Shown here piece after piece: positions 56,861 through 64,000 of a stretch of DNA of 64,000 nt. The stretch lies in assembly GCA_951406725.2 (NCBI GenBank), contig OX597815.1, forward strand, positions 24,862,001 to 24,926,000, written 5' to 3'. Numbering within the stretch: position 1 is the first letter of the stretch; each line of letters starts with the position of its first letter. Made by a program: the position numbers and the translations under genes. The notes beneath the pieces are model-generated. The model was not told the DNA's origin. It saw nothing but the letters and a program-made list of their open reading frames with translations, and searched no databases. The stretch comes from Octopus vulgaris (lineage: Eukaryota).

Positions 56861-57664
56861 CTCATTACTTTGAAGTTGTGTTTTGTGGAATGGTACAGAT
56901 AGTGTAAAACCAGATTTAGATACTTTGCGATACCGATCTAAAATAAAATTAATCCATCGGTGGCACTAAAGAATTGATTATTCCTTTGGTAATTATATTT
57001 CTAATAAGCAAATTGCTTATGTATTCCAATTAATTTTCAGTATAATCAAAGCATGGAAGGATTTAGTAAACAATATCTGTAACTTTAAATATAGTATCCT
57101 GTTATTTACCACGAAGTCAAACTTAATCATGAAGTCAGATTTGATTATGCAGATTTATGGTTAAAGGTGGTCTAGCTATGATCGGTCAGTCTTTCTCGCC
57201 AATTTTGTACATCTATAGCTATATTATACAATGAATTCTCTCCTTTTCTGAAAGCAAGGATGTAATTTGATGGATATTTTGTCAACTGTCTCTAGCATAT
57301 CGAGTGACTACATAGAAGCTGGTTCATTCTATCGTTTATATATTGGCTCTATACTATTGCATATTTATATATTAGTTGTTGGTTTGCAGTTGTTTAGTCC
57401 CTGGATCAGGATTTGTGGAACAGACATATGGTAAAAGGTACTCCAACCTTGATCATGCCGTCTTTTATTCAGCCAGTTTCCAATAAGTACATTAACAACT
57501 GCGACCTTTTCAAAAGTAGCAGGAGGTTTTGATTAGAGGAATTTTGGCTGCTATATTTTAGAGGTTGAAGAACAGTCTAACCGCTACGTCGTTGGCTCGT
57601 ACATATACACACACACAAACACACATACACACACATACACACACACACACACACACACATACAC

Positions 57665-57786
57665 AGGTGCTGGCTTGGTTGTGTGGTCAGAAGTTTGCTT
57701 CCCAATCACATGGTTTTGAGTTCCGTTCCACTGCATGGTACCTTGGACAAGTGTCTTCTATACCTTAGGGCGAGTGGTTTTGGCAG

Positions 57787-57885
<99 letters not shown>

Positions 57886-58030
57886 ATCCACCACCAACGT
57901 TTGACAAAAAGTCGGACAAAAGAAGCAGATAGAGTAAGTACCAAACTTTAAAAAAGAAGTGAAGAGCTGGCGTCGGTTTGTTCAACTAAATCTTTAAAGT
58001 CGGTGCTCCAGCATGACTGAAGCAAATATA
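57665..58030 (+). mobile_element. SINE family A, decayed
   Basis: GTGTGGTCAGAAG...CCTTGGACAAGTGTCTTC...GGTGCTCCAGCATGACTGAA. Confidence 0.8.
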
Positions 58031-58050
58031 AAACAAAAATATATTCATAG

Positions 58051-58109
<59 letters not shown>

Positions 58110-58426
58110 ATATATATTGGCGTGCTATGTTGGTGTTGATCAATTGGAACCTCAGGGCAATTTTTGTTATGACATTTTGATTATAAAATACCAATAGTTT
58201 CGTATTGGAGGCCTCGGTTGGATTGATATTAAAAAGGTTAACAAAACTGTGAGAAAATAAGGAAGCTAGTTGAGAGGAAAGTACAATACTGAATTACAAT
58301 TTCTTCTTGCAGGTTTACCGGGTGCTTACTGATGCTTAAGAAAACTATAATGTTGGTTAATCTTCAGGAATATTATACGCTTTGTCTACCTCATTATCTT
58401 GTTTCAGTATATTTTCTCAGTCAAAG

Positions 58427-58652
58427 GGCGGCGAGCTGGCAGAACCGTTGGCACGCCGGCGAAATGCGTAGCCGTATTTCGTCCGCCATTACGTTCTGAG
58501 TTCAAATTCTGCCGAGGTCGACTTTGCCTTTCATCCTTTCTAGGTCGATAAATTAAGTACCAGTTACGCACTGGGGTCGATGTAATCGACTTAATTCGTT
58601 TGTCTGTCCTTGTTTGTCCCCTCTAAGTTTAGCCCCTTGTTGGTAATAAAGA
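58427..58652 (+). mobile_element. SINE family B
   Basis: TSD TATATTTT(T)CTCAGTCAA. Confidence 0.93.
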
Positions 58653-59394
58653 TACATATATTTTTCTCAGTCAATTAATTGATTCTTCCAAGAATACTTG
58701 TGTACAACACTTGCCCTTTCTTTTTTCACTCTTACGTTGTTATTCTTAAGTATTATGCCTTGTGTCTTATTCTTATTCTTATGTCCATCTATACATTATA
58801 AATATTTAGTATTTAGGTCAGACATTTACAACTTTTTGTAAGACGTTTAAAGCATTGACATTGGCCTGTCATTTTGGAAATCCGTCATTTTCTTTTTAAT
58901 CTGGAGAACATTAATATACGATTCGATGCCAGTTATTAAAAGATTATTCTAATTGAGATATAAAAATATTTGCCCAAACAACCACATATATTGCTTTCAC
59001 TTGTTTTCCCTAAAGGTTTTCGTCTTTATCAGTCAACTTCAACATATTTCCTGTTACTCTTCCCTTCTAATAACATTTCAACGCGTTTTTATTGATAACC
59101 AATTTACCCTTTCCTTGTTATTTTTCGGTGTCAGTGTTTCTTTGCGCCTTTATATCTTCATAATTGTTCCCCAACGGCTTCAATATGTTCTTTCTCAGCA
59201 GTTTTAGTTATTAATATAATATTTTGCTTTATTTTCCCCGTAGATTATTTTCCATTAACAAAACATTCATTGGTTTCGTAAACTTATTTATGACAATTTC
59301 TCAAAAAATTCGAATACTTTGGGATTTTCTGTTGTTTTTTTGTTTTTTTGCAATAATGGTTTATCATTTCTGGAATCATCGTCATTATCGTCAT

Positions 59395-59690
59395 TATTCC
59401 ACCACCACCAAAACCACCACCACCACCAGTACTACCATCACCACCATCACCATCACCACCATCACCACAACCACGACGACGACGACGACGAACACCACCA
59501 CCACCACCACCATCACTACCATCACCACCACCACCACCACCATCACGACCACCATCACTACCACCACCACCACCACCATCACTACCATCACCACCACCAC
59601 CATCACGACGACGACGACGACGACCACCACCACCACCATCACGACGACGACGACGACCACCACCACCACCACCATCACCACCACCACGTC
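59395..59690. repeat. (ACC/ATC/ACG)n trinucleotide array
   Basis: Direct inspection; explains the poly-T, poly-H and poly-V ORFs. Confidence 0.95.
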
Positions 59691-59930
59691 GTTGTCCCTG
59701 TGGTAATCCATGATCGTTATTTATATAATTTAGCTTCTCTTTTCCTAATTACTCTATTAATGCTGAAAGTGTCGAGAGGCATCTCACTTGAACTAAGAAA
59801 CGTACACCACAATGGTAACCATCTCTTTCCACTGCTCAGTAATCTCAGCAGGAATAGCTGAGGACTTGCAGCTGGGCACCCGGAGAAACCAGTCCATGCT
59901 GATCAGCTTTGTGGTTCGTTAGACCGAAGA

Positions 59931-60160
59931 GGCGGCGAGCTGGCAGAAACGTTAGCACGCCGGGCGAAATGCGTAGCCGTATTTCATCTCCCGTTACGTT
60001 CTGAGTTCAAATTCCGCCAAGTCGACTTTGCCTTTCATCCTTTCGGGGTCGATAAATTAAGTACCAGTTACGCACTGGGGTCGATGTAATCGACTTAATC
60101 CGTTTCTCTGTTCTTGTTTGTCCTCTCTGTGTTTAGCCCCTTGTGGGTAGTAAAGAAATA
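59931..60160 (+). mobile_element. SINE family B
   Basis: Perfect 18-bp TSD GGTTCGTTAGACCGAAGA (59913-30, 60161-78). Confidence 0.95.
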
Positions 60161-61630
60161 GGTTCGTTAGACCGAAGATGCTTTGGGTCTGGTTCGAGTC
60201 AGACAAACAAGAAGTGATAGAAACTGAGATGAGGTTACGAGGAGGGTGGCCAGCCTTACTAAAAAATGGGCTAAGAGGAAGTTACCCCTGAAATGTCGGG
60301 CAAATGTAGTAAATACGTACATATCCATTGTATTTTATTATTGCCTAATTAATGTGCCTTAACTTAGTTTCCATTTGGTGAGGCTGGAGCGCCTACCCTT
60401 CCGCTTCTTGTGAAAGGGATGCGTCCAGTAGTCAACGGCCCCACTGCCACCGACACATACTGCGCAGAGGCTAGGTATTCCGTGCCCGTTCTGAAACTGC
60501 AGCATCTGTAGAGATTTCTATGTAGTGAAAAGGTGTAATTGCCACTGAGAAGTACGTTTTTTCCGTAGCCCGCCTTTTTGACAGAGTTTCCGTCTTGCGT
60601 CAAGGAAATACTAAGGTTAGGCACCTCACATCTGGAATATTGTCAAACATTTGCAGTTCTCTATCAGTTGCGTTATGTTGTCAGAGTTATGTTAACTATT
60701 GTATTTTATAGGGAGTAAGAGGCTTGAAAAAACAACGATGTTCTCGGAAAGATCAGGGTATCGACAAAGATCAATCGAGTGGCTTATTCTGGAGAATTTC
60801 CCACTCAGAAACTAAGGACAATTTTTGGAAATTCCATGGATTCACACCATAGAGACATTTTTAAAACTAAAAAGTGGGAACGCATTGGATAATGTAGTCA
60901 CTGGTATACAAAAATAACGTGATGGCTACGGCTGGAACGTCTGTTGGTCATAGGTCTGCTCGATTGCGATTCACTTGGGGTCATACAACAGCATCAACAT
61001 CGAGCTACGTGAATTTATATGACTACGGACACAACACAGAGTTATCAGTCGATTGAATTGACCTCAGTACAATGGAGATAAGTATGTTGTTAACACACGA
61101 GAAATGGAAAGCAAAACCATTCTCGCAGAATTTACACTCCCAGCATCGTGGAATGTTAATTGGATACCGAAGGCATTTAGTCTGATTCTACTATGTCTGC
61201 GATTCCACTCGCCTTATCTGATGATGGGTTGTACGACGGCCTCTCTAATGAGAATAGGGCTGTTCAGTAACTAAATTTTTACGCGTGAAACGAACATGTA
61301 TGCGGCTGGGTATTCCACAGACACGTGTATGTACTCTTCATACAATTTTTCAGACCGAGTCAATATGACAAGGGTGGACTTTGGGAATATAGATGCAACC
61401 AAGAGAGAAATGTGGGGATGGAGTTGGAGAGAAAGAAAGAAAGAAAGAAAGAAGGGGCGCACATGAAGAATCTACTCCAGTACAGGTGAAGATTCCCAAA
61501 AGGAAGAAATGCAAAGTTGACGTCAGTGGGATTTTAATTAAGAAGGGAGCAGAAATCAATACCGCAAGGTATTCTGACTGACTCTTTAATTACTTTGCCA
61601 ATTCGCTGCCTTTCTTACCTGGATATTAGA

Positions 61631-61963
61631 TATTCTTTTCTACTCTAGGCAGAAGGCCCGAAACTTTTGAGGAGGCGGCCAGTCGATTATATCGACCCCA
61701 GTATGCAACTGGTACTTAATTTAACGACCACGAAAGGATGAAAGGCAAAGTCGACCTCGGCGGAATTTGAACTCAGAACGTAAAGGCAGACGAAATACCA
61801 ATTTCTTTATTGCCCACAACGGGCTACATACAAAGGGGACAAACAAGGATAGAAAAACGGATTAAGTCGATTATATCGACACTAGTGCGTAACTGGTACT
61901 TATTTAATCGACCCCGAAAGGATGAAAAGCAAAGTCGACTTCGGCGGAATTTGAACTCAGAAC
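61631..61963 (-). mobile_element. SINE family B dimer with two different tails, 5'-truncated
   Basis: Junction GACGAAATACC|AATTTCTTTATTG at ~61799. Confidence 0.88.
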
Positions 61964-62120
61964 TCCACGCGGCTCTGGCAGAAGGTAATGGCGAACTTCT
62001 GCTGACTCTTTCGCCACAACTTTCTCTCATTCTTTCCTCCTGCGTCCAGGTGGAGAACCTATATGCCAAGGAAACCGGGAAACCGGCCCTTATGAGCCAG
62101 GCGTTGCTCGAGAAGGAACA
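61963..62120 (+). mobile_element. SINE family C, 3' part
   Basis: CTCCACGCGGCTCTGGCAGAAGG...GCCCTTATGAGCCAGG matches 2913-3085. Confidence 0.85.
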
Positions 62121-63116
62121 AAAAAAAACTGTTCATTCTACAAAGGAACAGCAACAGAAATAATCAATTGGTTATATTCCTCTGGCTCCAAGTGATCTAT
62201 TTCAAAGGTCAAATACTCGTTTGATAGTAAATGACAGCTTGAGAAAGTTAAATATTTTTCTTGTCCTGTCGATGCTTTTAAGATGGTAAGGAAAGCTGGA
62301 AGAATAAGCCTACATAATCATTCACGGAACGAAGACACACCTACAACAGTGTCTGTAATATAAAATCGCTCAGTACATGTGTGCATATTATTTTGTGAAT
62401 GTGTAAGGGCGCGCGTGTGGGTGCATGTGAGTGCGTGTGAGTGCGTGTGAGTGCGTGTGAGCGTGCTCGAGCGCATATGTATGTGTGTGCGTGAGCCTTC
62501 ACAGCAGGTGGAAGCAATAAAGCAATAAACGTAACTAAGAAGTTGATATCATAATATAATTAACAACAATTTCTTGGCTTAAGTAATACAAGAGGAGGAT
62601 TGTTCTTGTTATTGTTGTTTACCCCAAAGTCGTCCTTAATTAAATATGCCTATTACTAAAAGCGTTCCAGCCATGACCATCACGATTATTATTTTTTTAA
62701 GCTCATTCAATGTGTTTTTCGTTAAAAACAGTACGTGTAATCTGAAGGATATATGGCTGTTGTCTCGCCTCATAGAGGCATTTCCGTTGATTGCTTATAC
62801 GATTGGATGATGTTCATATCTTTAACAACGTTAGTAAAGTTGAAAGATTTCAGTATGGAATTAAAACTAGCAGAACGTGAATCTCTCTCTTGCTCAACAG
62901 CACTTATAATGTTTATAAAATGGCTTCTTTCTTAGGTATCATGTTAATTGATAAATTAACTTAGACATTTAGCTAATTGCACATTTAAATTAAATGATAA
63001 TTGCTAAAAGGGAACTGAGTGCAGTTAATTAAATTGATTCTGCTGTAATAGCATTGTCATCATCATCTTCGTTGTTACTGTTTCATCGAAGATATGTGAT
63101 CAAAGGTGTTCATACC

Positions 63117-63332
63117 TATTTCTTTACTACTCACAAGGGGACAAACAAGGACAGACAAACGGATTAAGTCGATTATATCGACCCTAGTGCGTAACTGGTA
63201 CTTAATTTATCGACCCCGAAAAGATGAAAACCAAAGTCGACCTCGGCGGAATTTGAACTTAGAACGTAACGGCAGACGAAATACGGCTACGCATTTCGCC
63301 CGGCGTGCTAACGTTTCTGCCAGCTCGCCACC
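63117..63332 (-). mobile_element. SINE family B
   Basis: TSD AGGTGTTCATACC on both sides. Confidence 0.92.
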
Positions 63333-63639
63333 TTTCAGAGGTGTTCATACCGTCCACATCTTCGATGAGTTTCTTTCAATCGCCCATTTTTTTTGAAGAC
63401 GGTAGAATGAGATTTAAGGGAAGTTTAGCATTTTTTTTTTGGGCGAGTACATTATTGTTACTTATAGGTTTAGCTATGAGGGATGAAAGACAAGCCCGAC
63501 CTCATGTAGGAGTTGAACGTAATGAATTACGACAGTAAGTAATATAATGTATTTTCTCTTGTGTTTTCCAGCATCAGCCATTTGCAACAATTCTATAACG
63601 CTAAGTAATAATTGTGTGAAACGTAATAGTTTCTGATTT

Positions 63640-64000
63640 AGGCACAATTCCAGCAAATTTGAAGGGAGAGTGTTAATGGATACCATCGATCCCAGTGCTT
63701 GTCTGGCACTTATTTTAACGCTCCTTCAGAATTAAAAGGCAAACTTAGCCTCCTCGGGATTTGAACACAGAATGTAAAAACTCTGAATAAAAGTACTTAA
63801 AGGCATTTCCCCGATGCTCTAACAATTCTACCAGCTCACTGCCACATTAATATTAAGTAATAATAATTTACATCATAGACACAGCAAAAATTTTGCGGGG
63901 AGGTGCCTACATCGACTCCAGTATTTGACTGGTACTTAATTCATCGACTCCAAAAGCATAAAGGGTAAAGTCGATCTTTGCGAAATTTGAACTCAGAACG
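63640..64000 (-). mobile_element. Two decayed SINE family B copies, the second running off the window
   Basis: GGATTTGAACACAGAATG; AAATTTGAACTCAGAACG. Confidence 0.75.

Noticed and set aside
59224-59861. Mucin-like poly-Thr and His-rich ORFs
   Set aside because: Derived from an (ACC/ATC/ACG)n array open in several frames on both strands; no splice or domain evidence.
60364-60624. 86-aa GC-rich ORF preceded by an acceptor-like site on the minus strand
   Set aside because: No recognisable homology and no partner exons.

Overview
AT-rich eukaryotic genomic DNA with no recognisable host protein-coding gene. The repeat content (tRNA-derived CORE-, Meta- and V-like SINEs, RTE 3' tails ending in (GAT)n, very dense TATG/TA/CA/TATC microsatellites) looks like an octopus genome; this is inferred from remembered repeat families, not from a search. 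Almost all ORFs in the track are microsatellite or SINE artefacts. The real coding remnants are transposon pseudogenes: a full-length Tc1-type element with DD36E spacing, two maT/DD37D-like fragments, a pogo-like fragment, and RTE (with a PHD finger), L1/Tx1, CR1 and R4/Dong-like LINE fragments. There are also non-autonomous Helitron, hAT, piggyBac-like and Merlin-like MITEs. The most notable signal is a ~200-bp repeat (three loci, four copies, one locus a 143-bp-arm palindrome) whose minus strand folds into a minimal type I hammerhead ribozyme with a swapped G3-C8 core pair, resembling Penelope pseudo-LTRs or retrozymes. Other degenerate hammerhead-like motifs, fixed-junction SINE concatemers and several long fold-backs also occur. 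Identities and boundaries were judged by eye.
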